Shown one piece after another: positions 22,421 to 31,562 of a DNA stretch of 64,000 bases. Under the pieces are notes generated by a model. It had not been told where the DNA came from. It saw only the letters and a program-made list of their open reading frames with translations, and did not search any database. The DNA is from an uncultured delta proteobacterium. Lineage in GTDB: Bacteria > Desulfobacterota > Desulfuromonadia > Desulfuromonadales > JACZKF01. The position numbers were made by a program, and so were the translations under genes. Location: the NCBI GenBank assembly GCA_963816395.1, contig CAWFKQ010000001.1, positions 48,636-112,635 on the forward strand. Reading direction: 5' to 3'. The stretch's first letter is position 1. Each line of letters begins with the position of its first letter.

Positions 22421-22534
22421 TCACACGATCGACCGGAGCACACCGCCGTCGACGCGCAGGGCGGCAATGGCAAAGCCGATGCCGGCGGTCGAGCCGGCAA
22501 CCAGCGCCGTTTTGTCCTTCAGCAGCAGATCCAT
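22421..22534 (-). pseudogene. internally deleted SDR gene (37 codons)
   Basis: MDLLLKDKTALVAGSTAGIGFAIAA joined in frame to LRVDGGVLRSIV*; RBS AAGGAG retained. Confidence 0.75.
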
Positions 22535-22603
22535 TCCCAATCTCCTTCCTCCTTGCCGGGGCTCCCGGCGGCCGCCCGGTCGCAAGGCCGCGGTAGAATC
22601 GGG

Positions 22604-23516
22604 TCAGAGCGCAGCCGCGCCTGCCTCGACGGGCACCAGCAGAACCGGCTTGAGCGTCTGCCCCTGCACCCGCACCGCCATGCTGTTGCCCCAGAACGCC
22701 TGGCCTCCCGCCTTGCCGTGGGTGGCCATGACGATCAGATCGGCGGCGAGGTCCTCGGCGGTCTGCACGATGAGCTCAACGGGGTTCCCCTGGCGGATCT
22801 GAGCGTTGGCCGGCACCTCCCGCGTCTTGACCTGGGCCAGAAGCTCTCTCCAGATAGCGCTGCAAGTTGCGGCCGTCGATCTCCTGCAGTTCCCGTGCGG
22901 CAGCCGGCATGAAGCGCGAAAGGGTCGCTTTTTCCCCGGCGAGGGAAATCATGGTGGGGATGACGGAGAGCAGATGGAGCTCGCCCTGGCCGGCGGCCGC
23001 CAGCTCAAGGGCCAGGGCCAGGCCGCCCTCGTGCTCGCGCCGGCCATCCAGGGGCACCAGCAGCCGGCGCAGGGCGAAGGGAGCGGCCGCCGCGGCCTCT
23101 GCCCGCAGGTGCAGCAGCGGCGTTTTCCCCAGTCCCACCACCTGCTGCGCCAGGGTGCCCTTCAGCAGGCGGCCGAGCCCCGCCGGGCCGTGCGTGCACA
23201 TCACGATAAGGTCGGGGTGCAGCTCTTCCCGGTGGGCGGCGATGCCGTCGGCGATGTCGGCGACGGCCGGGGCATGCACATGACAGTCGACGCGCAGATC
23301 GGCCGGCAGCCCGTCCCGCAAGACTTGCAGGTAGGCGGCCGCCTCGTCGGCTCTGGTCAGGTGCCGCTGGCCGTGCACCCGCTGGGCGGCATCCTGTTCG
23401 ATGACGTGCATCAGGGTGATCCGGGCCGAAAACAGGCGCGCCAGAACGGCGGCGGGCGGCAGGGCGGCTTCGGCGAGCCGCGAACCGTCTAGGGGTACCA
23501 GCAGATGCTCGATCAT
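22604..23516 (-). CDS. tandem universal stress protein (frameshift ~22830-22850)
   Basis: Two LLVPLDG domains, DLIVMCTHG and DLIVMATHG; overlaps the mntH stop. Confidence 0.85.
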
Positions 23517-24805
23517 GGCGAACCTCCTCCCCGGAGGGTCTGGAAGAGCAGATAGATATTCAGGGCGACGATCAGAACCGTCACCCCCCAGGCGACGATG
23601 GTGGTCGGGCGCCGGTTGACCAGTTGCCCCATCAGCCTGCGGTTCTGGCAGAACAGGATCAGCGGAATGATGGCGAACGGCAGCCCGAAGCTGAGCACCA
23701 CCTGGCTGATGACCAGGCTGCGGGTCGGGTCGAAGCCGAGAAAGATGACCACCAGGGAGGGCAGAATCGTCACCAGGCGGCGCAGCCAGATGGGAATGTG
23801 GCGCTTCAGGAACCCCTGCATGATGACCTGCCCGGCCATGGTGCCGACGGTGGTGGAGGCCAGTCCCGCCGCCAGCAGGGAGACGGCGAAGGCCCAGCCG
23901 GCGGCGGCGCCCAGCAGCGGTTCCAGGGTACGGTGCGCCTCCTCGATGGAGGCGATGTGGCTGAGCCCGGGGCGGTGGAAGGTCGCCGCCGCCATCATCA
24001 GCATCGCCGCATTGACGAAGCCGGCTACCGTCATGGCGATCATGACGTCGGCAAGCTGGAAATGGAACAGGCGCCGCTGCTGCCGCGGATCGCGCACCAC
24101 GATGCGTCCCTGGGTCAGGGAGGAGTGCAGGAAGATCACGTGCGGCATCACCGTCGCGCCGAGGATGCCGGCGGCCAGCAGAACGCTCTCCGGGCCGCTG
24201 AACTGCGGCAGGACGGCATGCACGGCGACCGCCGACCAGTCCGGCCGGTAGAGGAAGATCTCCACCACATAGCAGAGGGCGATGACCCCGAGCAGGACGG
24301 TAATCACCGCCTCCAGGGGGCGGAAGCCGCGCGCCTGCAGGGCCAGGATGAGAAAGGTGACGACGGTGGTCAGCAGGCCGGCAACCCACAGGGGCATGCC
24401 GAAGAGCAGATTGAAACCGATGGCGGCGCCGAGAAATTCGGCCAGGTCGGTGGCCATTGCCACCAGTTCCATCGCCACCCACATGAACCACACCAGCGGG
24501 CGCGGGAAGTGCAACCGGCACAGTTCGGCGAGGTTGTGGCCGGTGGCGATCCCCAGCTTGGCGGAGAGGGTCTGGATCAGCATGGCCATCAGATTGCTGG
24601 CGACCACCACCCACAGCAGCAAATAGCCGAACTGCGCGCCCCCTTGGATGTTGGTGGCGAAATTGCCGGGATCGACGTAGGCGATGCTGGCGATGAAGGC
24701 CGGCCCGAGAAACGGCAGCAGCCGCGCCAATCCCCGTTTCGGGCTGGTGCCCGAGAGGACCTCGCCGGCTATCTCGACGGTTTGGCTGTCGCCGGTGTGG
24801 CGCAT
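23513..24805 (-). CDS. mntH: Nramp family divalent metal transporter
   Basis: DPGN and MPH motifs, SQVVLS; many TM segments. Confidence 0.93.
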   Translation of the reverse strand: MRHTGDSQTVEIAGEVLSGTSPKRGLARLLPFLGPAFIASIAYVDPGNFATNIQGGAQFGYLLLWVVVASNLMAMLIQTLSAKLGIATGHNLAELCRLHFPRPLVWFMWVAMELVAMATDLAEFLGAAIGFNLLFGMPLWVAGLLTTVVTFLILALQARGFRPLEAVITVLLGVIALCYVVEIFLYRPDWSAVAVHAVLPQFSGPESVLLAAGILGATVMPHVIFLHSSLTQGRIVVRDPRQQRRLFHFQLADVMIAMTVAGFVNAAMLMMAAATFHRPGLSHIASIEEAHRTLEPLLGAAAGWAFAVSLLAAGLASTTVGTMAGQVIMQGFLKRHIPIWLRRLVTILPSLVVIFLGFDPTRSLVISQVVLSFGLPFAIIPLILFCQNRRLMGQLVNRRPTTIVAWGVTVLIVALNIYLLFQTLRGGGSP

Positions 24806-24904
24806 AGTTAAAAAACCTCCTCTCCTGCTACAAACATACATTCCAGCGCGCTTTCAGGCCAGCGGAGATTTCGCCCCCCGGGACTCGAGGGGGACGCATT
24901 CTTC

Positions 24905-25069
24905 GGCAGACCAGATTTACCTGCTAACTCTGTACGCCAAGAACGAAGTGTCGGACCTGAGTCCGGCGGAAGTGCCGGCACTCAGGAAAATGGTGGAGGT
25001 GTGGAGCCGATGAAAAAACGCAATCTCTTTGACGAACTTTCAGAGGCGATCGGGGAGATCCTCGCGTAA
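24905..25069 (+). pseudogene. fragments of a RelE/HigB-type toxin (C-terminus) and its antitoxin (N-terminus)
   Basis: DQIYLLTLYAKNEVSDLSPAE...* overlapping (ATGA) MKKRNLFDELSEAIGEILA*. Confidence 0.7.
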
Positions 25070-25174
25070 GGCTGCCCTCTGGTTGTCGTTTTCTGTTGAT
25101 GCCCGCACCGGAAGCAGTAGGAAATAGGGCATTCATGTGAAATTCCGAGGGGAGCAACGATGATGTAATTTCAA

Positions 25175-25214
25175 GAGCCGTTTTTCCGAAACAGGAGAGA
25201 CGGCTTTTTTGTTT
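25175..25214 (+). terminator. intrinsic terminator-like hairpin
   Basis: AGCCGT...ACGGCT followed by a T run. Confidence 0.6.
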
Positions 25215-25374
25215 TGCCAGGAGGAAGGATGGCGAACCTGAAAGAGTTAGCCGGGCGAGGTCAATGTTTGAAGGAAATCATTGACATTCGGCAAAGGGCA
25301 AGGCACAAATATTCGTAAGGTCCAAACGGTTTGAGGTAGTCCTGTCCTACTAAAATGCAAAGGCTGCGGCAACA

Positions 25375-25701
25375 ATGGCGTCGACCATTTCACAGGCAGT
25401 GATCGAGGATATCCGCCAGCGTATTCTGGCGATGGCCGAACCGGAGCGAATCATCCTGTTCGGCTCGGCGGCGACCGGGGAGATGACGCGAGACAGCGAC
25501 ATCGATCTGCTGGTGGTCGAACCCGCACCGGGGAATGTCCGCCAGGAGAGCATCCGTCTTCGCGAAGCCCTTCGAGGTCTGGACTATCCGGTCGATGTCG
25601 TCGTCATCTCCTCCGAGTGGTTCGAGGATAGCAAGGACGTCATCGGCGGGATCGCCTATCCGGCCCACAAGTACGGAAAAGTTATCTATGCGGCCGCCTG
25701 A
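25375..25701 (+). CDS. minimal nucleotidyltransferase (MNT) antitoxin
   Basis: LFGS-X10-DID motif; overlaps the HEPN gene. Confidence 0.9.
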   Translation: MASTISQAVIEDIRQRILAMAEPERIILFGSAATGEMTRDSDIDLLVVEPAPGNVRQESIRLREALRGLDYPVDVVVISSEWFEDSKDVIGGIAYPAHKYGKVIYAAA

Positions 25702-26095
25702 GGAAGTGAAACGAATCCTGGTCGCCCAGTGGATTGCCAAGGCCACACAGGACCTCACCGCTGCCACGACCCTCCTCGGGGCCGAACCGCCGCTGTTCTA
25801 TCCGGCCTGTTTCCACGCCCAACAGGCGGCCGAGAAGTTCCTTAAGGCCTTTCTTACCTTCCACCAGATCGAATTTCCTAAGACCCATAGCATTGGTGAT
25901 CTTCTCGACCTTTCCCGACGAACCGCTCCCGATTTGGCCGACAAACTCAGAGACACCGTGGCTCTGACACCATTCGGTGTCGAGTTGCGCTACCCGGGTG
26001 ACGCGCCGGAACCTGATCTCACCGAAGCACAGCAGGCGATCGCCATGGCCGAGCGAGTCCGCAATGCCATCTTCGCCGCTTTTCCATCCAACTGA
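25688..26095 (+). CDS. HEPN domain protein
   Basis: FHAQQAAEKFLKA, FPKTH, LRYPG. Confidence 0.9.
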   Translation: MRPPEEVKRILVAQWIAKATQDLTAATTLLGAEPPLFYPACFHAQQAAEKFLKAFLTFHQIEFPKTHSIGDLLDLSRRTAPDLADKLRDTVALTPFGVELRYPGDAPEPDLTEAQQAIAMAERVRNAIFAAFPSN

Positions 26096-26234
26096 GCGCC
26101 GAAACCACATATTTTTGCTCTCCATCGCGATCAGCGGCAGGCGCGTGGTGATCCTGCGGATATTCGTGAAGAAAGCCCAGAAAACGTCGAGGTCGGAAAT
26201 CCTCCTGGCGTTGGAACGGATGAAGGAGTTGTGA
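26096..26234 (+). pseudogene. C-terminal fragment of a Gp49-like (RelE/ParE superfamily) toxin
   Basis: RVVILRIFVKKAQKTSRSEILLALERMKEL; no N-terminus. Confidence 0.7.
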
Positions 26235-26370
26235 CCATGGGCAAGAAGATCCGGGAGATGAAAGACGAACTGCTGGCCGACGAGGAATTCCGCCGCGAAT
26301 ATGACGCCCTGGAAGAGGAATTCTCGATCGCGGCGCAACTGATCGAAGCCCGGACGAAGGCAAAGCCTGA
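26231..26370 (+). pseudogene. HTH antitoxin, N-terminal half (interrupted)
   Basis: DEEFRREYDALEEEFSIAAQLIEARTKA; homology stops at the IS junction. Confidence 0.8.
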
Positions 26371-26400
26371 ACATCCCGCTGGAAATTTCAAGGTAAAAAT

Positions 26401-27600
26401 TCAATTGGGCGGCATATATGCTCTCCGCTCTTTGAGCATTTTAAAGATGATTCGGCAGAGGTGGCGGCCTAAAGCCCTGACCGCCTGATTGTGTCCTTTG
26501 CCCTCGGCGCGCTTCTTCTCATAGTAGCGTTGAGATACTGGTATCTGCTTGCGGTGGCGATCCACGGCAATCATCATTGCTGCTTTTGCACGACTGTTGA
26601 CATGCCGAGGAATTTTAGTCCCTCGGTATTCACCGGAGCTGTTGTCCAAGGTGGCCATCCCCAAGTAGAGTGCCAAGCTGGCTTCTTTGGCGAATCGGGC
26701 CTCGTGGCCGATTTCCCCGGCAAGTTCAGCGGTGCAGACTGGGCCAAAACCGGGCATTGTGGCCAGCGTGCTGGCGATAAACGATTGCTCAGCCGCTGCC
26801 ACCATTTTGGATTCCAAGCCCTTGATCTGCTCGTTAATTTTCAGGATTCGGGCGGCATCCTGCTGAATCATTTCGCCGGCCCACTCAACTTCAGCGCTGA
26901 ATTGGGCCTGCTTCTGCCATTGCTGGATAACGCTGGCATATTTAGCGCCGACGCCAGGAATCTTGCGCAGGGTTTTCAGGTGCATCCGCGGCAATTTTCG
27001 CAAGTCGTTGGTGCTGGTCAGCAACTGGAGAAACCAATGGTTGCCGGCATCGCCAGTCAGGGCCAGGAGGCTGGGACAAATCGCTTGCAGATCGGCCTGG
27101 AAGTTGTTCACTACCCGGACTCGCTCATTGACCAGTCGCCGGCGACGCCGAGTTAATCGTTTGAGCATCTGATTTTCTCTGGGCGGTTCGGCGACCAGTT
27201 GCAGGACATTTTTAGCCGTAGGAAGATGGTCCTTGAGTTGGAATAGCTCCAATCCCCGGCGGGCATCTATGGCATCGGTTTTAGCGGCGCCGGGGAAGAT
27301 TTCTTTGAATCTGGCCAGTTTCAGGTTGTTGATGTTGTAAAGTTGCCAGCCTCGGGCCAGCACCATGGAATCCAGAGGGCGCGCATAGCCGTTGTAGCCC
27401 TCCATGGCAACCCGGACAGGACACTGATACTGCTGCTCCAGTTTTTCCAACCTGGCAAAGAATGTTCGGAATCCCTCCGACTGGTGGCTGATGTTGAACT
27501 CGGCAATCAACTCGCCGGTGGACAACCCCACCGCAACCTGATGGGACTTGCAACCGACATCGATACTAACGCGAATATCCTCGGGTATTCGATTAAACAT
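26401..27600 (-). CDS. IS110 DEDD recombinase/transposase (399 aa, intact)
   Basis: SIDVG, AMEG, KTDAIDA, PGFG, catalytic-Ser motif DNSSG; RBS AAGGAG. Confidence 0.93.
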   Translation of the reverse strand: MFNRIPEDIRVSIDVGCKSHQVAVGLSTGELIAEFNISHQSEGFRTFFARLEKLEQQYQCPVRVAMEGYNGYARPLDSMVLARGWQLYNINNLKLARFKEIFPGAAKTDAIDARRGLELFQLKDHLPTAKNVLQLVAEPPRENQMLKRLTRRRRRLVNERVRVVNNFQADLQAICPSLLALTGDAGNHWFLQLLTSTNDLRKLPRMHLKTLRKIPGVGAKYASVIQQWQKQAQFSAEVEWAGEMIQQDAARILKINEQIKGLESKMVAAAEQSFIASTLATMPGFGPVCTAELAGEIGHEARFAKEASLALYLGMATLDNSSGEYRGTKIPRHVNSRAKAAMMIAVDRHRKQIPVSQRYYEKKRAEGKGHNQAVRALGRHLCRIIFKMLKERRAYMPPN

Positions 27601-27624
27601 AAAAGGCTCCTTCCAGTAGATAAA

Positions 27625-27815
27625 CCCATCCATCATCCTTGGGTCACGTCTACTTCCAGAGCCACATGAACGGCACCATCCCGGTCGACCCGCCGGATGA
27701 TGCAAATGACGGGGGCGGCATTTCAGGCTTATGCGAACCTGAATGAACAGGTCACTGACCCAATAAGCCACACCCCCGTCCTCAGTAAGTTTACCAAATT
27801 CGAGGGGCATCTGCT
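27625..27815 (-). ncRNA. predicted IS110 bridge RNA
   Basis: Two stem-closed loops (27708-27780 and 27631-27702) with segments matching the target and donor junctions. Confidence 0.7.
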
Positions 27816-27866
27816 AATTCCGATGGTAGACACGATAGATTTCGCAAATTTGAAATTTGGAGACTT

Positions 27867-27900
27867 GACCCCTTGGTGATGTCGACCCCTTGGTGATGTC
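27867..27900. repeat. 17-bp perfect tandem repeat GACCCCTTGGTGATGTC x2
   Basis: Read directly. Confidence 0.9.
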
Positions 27901-28010
27901 CGTGCCCGTATGCTGGCGCGGGATCAGCAGCGGAGTGGACGGGGGGAAGGATTGAAGGCGGTGCCCGTGGCGACGGCCGTCGGGGGTGTTCATGCTGGCC
28001 AAAAACAGGG

Positions 28011-28051
28011 TTGATTATTCCCAAAATGGGTACTATGATCCCCGATATGGG
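28011..28051 (+). promoter_or_regulatory. promoter with two CCC-N5-GGG operator-like boxes
   Basis: TTGATT-17 nt-TATGAT; CCCAAAATGGG and CCCGATATGGG. Confidence 0.55.
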
Positions 28052-28658
28052 TATGAACGGAAAAGCTCCATCCGCAATCGGTGATGCGCTATTTACCAAG
28101 ACGCAGCGGCAGGTTTTGGGGCTGCTCTTCGGTAATTCGGACAAGACGTTTTATATCAACGAGATCGTCCGCATTGCCGACGTCGGGATCGGAACCGTCC
28201 AGCGTGAACTGGAGAAACTCGCGTCCGCCGGCCTGCTGACGGTCAGGAAAATCGGCAACCAGAAGCACTACCAGGCCAACCCCGGCTCGCCGATCTTCCA
28301 GGAATTGCGTGGCCTCGTGCTGAAAACGTTTGGCGTTGCCGACGAACTGCGGCGGGCGCTTGAACCGTTTTCGGCAAAAATCGTGGTCGCGTTTGTCTAT
28401 GGCTCCATTGCCAAGGGGGTGGACACGGCAAGCAGCGACATCGATGTCATGGTCATCTCCGATGAATTGAGTTATCCCGAGGCGATCGGGGCCTTTGCCG
28501 GGGCGGAGGAAAAACTCGGCAGGTCCGTCAACCCGACCCTCTACACCCCTTCCGAGGTCCGTCGCAAACTTGCCGAAGACAACAGTTTTCTGAAGAGGGT
28601 GACCGAACAGGGGAAAATATTTCTGATCGGATCCGACGATGAAATCCCCAAACCTTGA
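28047..28658 (+). CDS. wHTH plus nucleotidyltransferase (MNT) protein (start uncertain, 28011-28053)
   Basis: N-terminal HTH (GTVQRELEKL); VYGS-X10-DID. Confidence 0.88.
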   Translation: MGMNGKAPSAIGDALFTKTQRQVLGLLFGNSDKTFYINEIVRIADVGIGTVQRELEKLASAGLLTVRKIGNQKHYQANPGSPIFQELRGLVLKTFGVADELRRALEPFSAKIVVAFVYGSIAKGVDTASSDIDVMVISDELSYPEAIGAFAGAEEKLGRSVNPTLYTPSEVRRKLAEDNSFLKRVTEQGKIFLIGSDDEIPKP

Positions 28659-29061
28659 AAGCCTGGTCCAATCCGGCCAGCTGAAGCGGGAACCGGGCGA
28701 CCGGAAAGAATTCGACGGCCTGGTCCGCTCCGCCCGGGCGCGACTGGCCGACGCCCGTAGACACGACCTGTCCATCGAAAGCCGCTTCGATCTCGCTTAC
28801 AACTCAGCGCATGCCCTTGCCCTGGCGGCGCTGCGCTGGCACGGCTACCGTTCCGACAATCGCTACATCGTGTTTCAGTGTCTGCCTCATACGCTTGGTC
28901 TCGGGCCCGAGCTGTGGCGGGTGCTGGCGCTTTGTCACCAGAGGCGCAATCGGGGGGAATATGAGGGGCTCCTGGAGATTGATGAGCGACTGGTGAAGGA
29001 CCTGATCGAGGCTGCTGGTGTCCTCGAGGTCAAGGTAGCCGGACTGGAGTCTCTTCCGTAA
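28639..29061 (+). CDS. HEPN-like protein paired with the MNT
   Basis: RFDLAYN.AH, GYRS, RRNRGEYEG (RxxxxY). Confidence 0.8.
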   Translation: MKSPNLESLVQSGQLKREPGDRKEFDGLVRSARARLADARRHDLSIESRFDLAYNSAHALALAALRWHGYRSDNRYIVFQCLPHTLGLGPELWRVLALCHQRRNRGEYEGLLEIDERLVKDLIEAAGVLEVKVAGLESLP

Positions 29062-29177
29062 AGCATCGTATGCAGGGAAGACAGCCAGGGGCGAACAAGT
29101 CACCAGCGTTCCCTCTGGGATATGAGGGAGGGAGCAGCCCGGGAGCTGTTTTTTAAGTTTTTAAGAACGTCCCCCTG

Positions 29178-29333
29178 AGCCTGACCCAGGAGCAGGTGGC
29201 CCGGCGCATGGGCACGACGCAATCAGTCGTGGCGCGCCTCGAATCGGGTCATCCTCTGCCGAGCCTGCGGACACTGCGGCGGTATGCGTCGGCTGTTGGG
29301 AGTAAGGTGGAGATCAGGCTGGTGAGGGAGTGA
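29178..29333 (+). pseudogene. HTH antitoxin, C-terminal half
   Basis: SLTQEQVARRMGTTQSVVARLESG..PSLRTLRRYA.AVG.KVEIRLV*; completes 26231-26370. Confidence 0.85.
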
Positions 29334-29431
29334 GCGGAGCAATCTCCTCCATTGTGCCCTCGAAAATCGATTTATAAGGTGTTTTTCGCCCGGGATTTTA
29401 AATGATTCCCTCGTGATTTCAAAGATTTGGT

Positions 29432-30875
29432 TTGGTCCGACCCCGATCAGTGGCTCACCGCAAGCCCCGCTCGCCCCAACAGAAACTTGCCGAGAAGCTG
29501 GCTCTTATCCAGCAGAGATCCTTCAAGCAAATCGGCGAGGTCTTCGAAAAATTCATCCCTCGGCAGCTTCTCAAGCCAGAGAAGGAAGGGGCCATGAGTC
29601 GCAGAAGGCTTTTCTCCAAGGAGAACACCTTCTGGGCTTTCTTCAGCCAGATTCTCGATGCCGATGGCGGCTGCAAAGAGGTGATTCGCAAGCTGCAGTC
29701 CTATGCCTCGCTCAAGGGAATCAAGTTCCCTTCATCCTCAACCTCCTCCTATTGCACGGCCCGCAAGAAGCTCGACATCCAGGCGCTCGCCGATATTTTC
29801 GACCATACCGCCGAGCATTCGGAAGGGAAGTCGGAGATCGGACGGCTGAACGGCCGGCGGGTGATCGTTGTCGATGGGACGGGAGTCAGCATGCCGGATA
29901 CACCGGAAAACCAGGCGGTCTGGCCACAAACAGCTTCCCAGAAGCCGGGGTGCGGATTTCCCACCGCCCGCATTTGCGCCTGTTTTTCGCTGGCCAGCGG
30001 GGCCTTGCTCAGCTACGCCATCGGCAACAAGAAAAGCCACGAACTACCGCTGTTCCGCCAGCAGTGGGAGACCTTCAAGTCCGGAGACGTCTTCCTGGGC
30101 GACAAAGGATTCTGTAGCTATTTCGACATCGCCAAACTGGAACAACAGGGCGTCGACAGTGTCGTTACCCTCGCCCGCAGAGCCCCGATCCACGGGGCAA
30201 GCAGCCTGAAAAAGCTCGGCCCCGATGACCTGCTGATTGCCTGGCAACGCCCCCGCTATACGGACAAATTGTCATATTCAAGGGAGGCGTGGGAGCAACT
30301 TCCGGAAGAATTGATCTTGCGGCAGATCAATGTCACAGTGCCCCATCCTGGCTTCAGGGTTCAGCACTTTTACATCGTCACCACTCTACTGGATGCCGCA
30401 CATTATCCCGCTGAGGAGCTCGCCGACCTTTACTTCCAACGCTGGGATGTCGAACTGTTCTTCCGCGAGATGGGATGGATGTCCTGCGGTGCCAGGCACC
30501 GGAAATGATCCGGAAAGAAATCCTGATGCACCTCATCGCCTACAACTGTATCCGGCGGTTGATGTCCGAGGCGGCCAAGGAAGCGGACCTTGCGGTCCGG
30601 GTTGTCAGTTTCAAGGGCAGCCTCCAGGCGCTGCGCAACTGGGAGCCCCATTTAAACCAGGCGAAGTTGAACAGGATAGAGCGCTCCAGGCTCATCGCCG
30701 ACCTCTATGAGGCGATGACCGATACCCCTATCCGACAACGCCCGGGGCGAAGTGAACCCCGATGCCGTAAGCGACGGCCGAAAAATTACGAGCTGATGAC
30801 CCGCCCGCGAAGAAATGAGAGAGATTTCGCACCGGAACAGATATCGTGCTGCGAAGGCTTAAACTAGCGCCATTC
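29432..30875 (+). mobile_element. IS4-family element with degraded transposase
   Basis: VVDGT, GDKGF, YFQRWDVELFFR; frameshift/deletion ~30468; right end AACTAGCGCCATTC; no left IR recognised. Confidence 0.82.
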
Positions 30876-30917
30876 GGGACACTTCCCATATTTTCGGCTA
30901 AATACGGGAAGCGTCCC
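30876..30917. repeat. 18-bp-arm imperfect palindrome next to the IS4 end
   Basis: GGGACACTTCCCATATTT / AAATACGGGAAGCGTCCC, 16/18 complementary. Confidence 0.8.
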
Positions 30918-30934
30918 TGATTAGATCCCGCCCC

Positions 30935-31306
30935 TCAGCCTTCTGTCAGCACATCCAGCGGTACCCCGAGCACGCGGGAGATGGCGGTAAGGGTTTCCAC
31001 CGTCCCCTTCCGCTTGCCGGCTTCGATCTGCGAAAGGTAAGGCTTGCTGATGCCGGCCTTGTCCGCCAGATCCTGCTGGGTCAGGCCGCGGTGCTCGCGC
31101 CAGAGCTTCATCGGCGATTCACCCTCCAGTTCCCGGCGCAGGATCTCGGCCGGCACCAGGAACTCGCGGCCGGCCCGGTAGGCTTCCTGGAATTCGGCCA
31201 CCGCGGCCGCATCGGCCTTGTCTTCGAGGGCCTGCAGGAGACGAAGGTAGTCGGCATCGGGAATAACGGCATATTCCGGTTTCCCGTCTTTTTCGATGAT
31301 CTGCAG
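30935..31306 (-). CDS. orphan XRE-HTH antitoxin-like protein (native start apparently lost)
   Basis: QIIEKDGKPEYAVIP ... WREHRGLTQQDLA.KAGISKPYLSQIE. Confidence 0.75.
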   Translation of the reverse strand: MQIIEKDGKPEYAVIPDADYLRLLQALEDKADAAAVAEFQEAYRAGREFLVPAEILRRELEGESPMKLWREHRGLTQQDLADKAGISKPYLSQIEAGKRKGTVETLTAISRVLGVPLDVLTEG

Positions 31307-31356
31307 GGGCGGAAGGGACGCTGGTAAGAAATGCAAGTTATTTGCCTTCGACTGGA

Positions 31357-31372
31357 TAAGTTACATAACTTA
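31357..31372. promoter_or_regulatory. palindrome TAAGTTA-CA-TAACTTA, candidate operator
   Basis: Perfect 7-bp inverted repeat upstream of the HTH gene. Confidence 0.45.
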
Positions 31373-31562
31373 CCAGCGCCCCCTGGACGTTCCGCAGGCG
31401 TTTTTCCTGCTCGATCCGGATCTTTCGCTGGGTGATCAGCTTCAGGAACGAAGCGAAATCCATACGGGCGATCTCTCGCGGGTCCAGGCAGTGCTCGGCA
31501 ATGGACCAGTCACTGAACCATTCTTGACAACAGGATTACGCCCGGCTTTCAGCAGCCGCAAT

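Larger units (their letters stand above)
26369..27830 (-). mobile_element. IS110 family insertion sequence (~1.46 kb)
   Basis: Recombinase ORF, long upstream non-coding end, GA (TC on minus) core at both junctions, split -35/-10 promoter. Confidence 0.85.

Noticed and set aside
31335..31530. Minus-strand open frame (...HCLDPREIARMDFASFLKLIT...) reminiscent of an IS110 transposase fragment
   Set aside because: Too short and without catalytic motifs; needs BLASTX.
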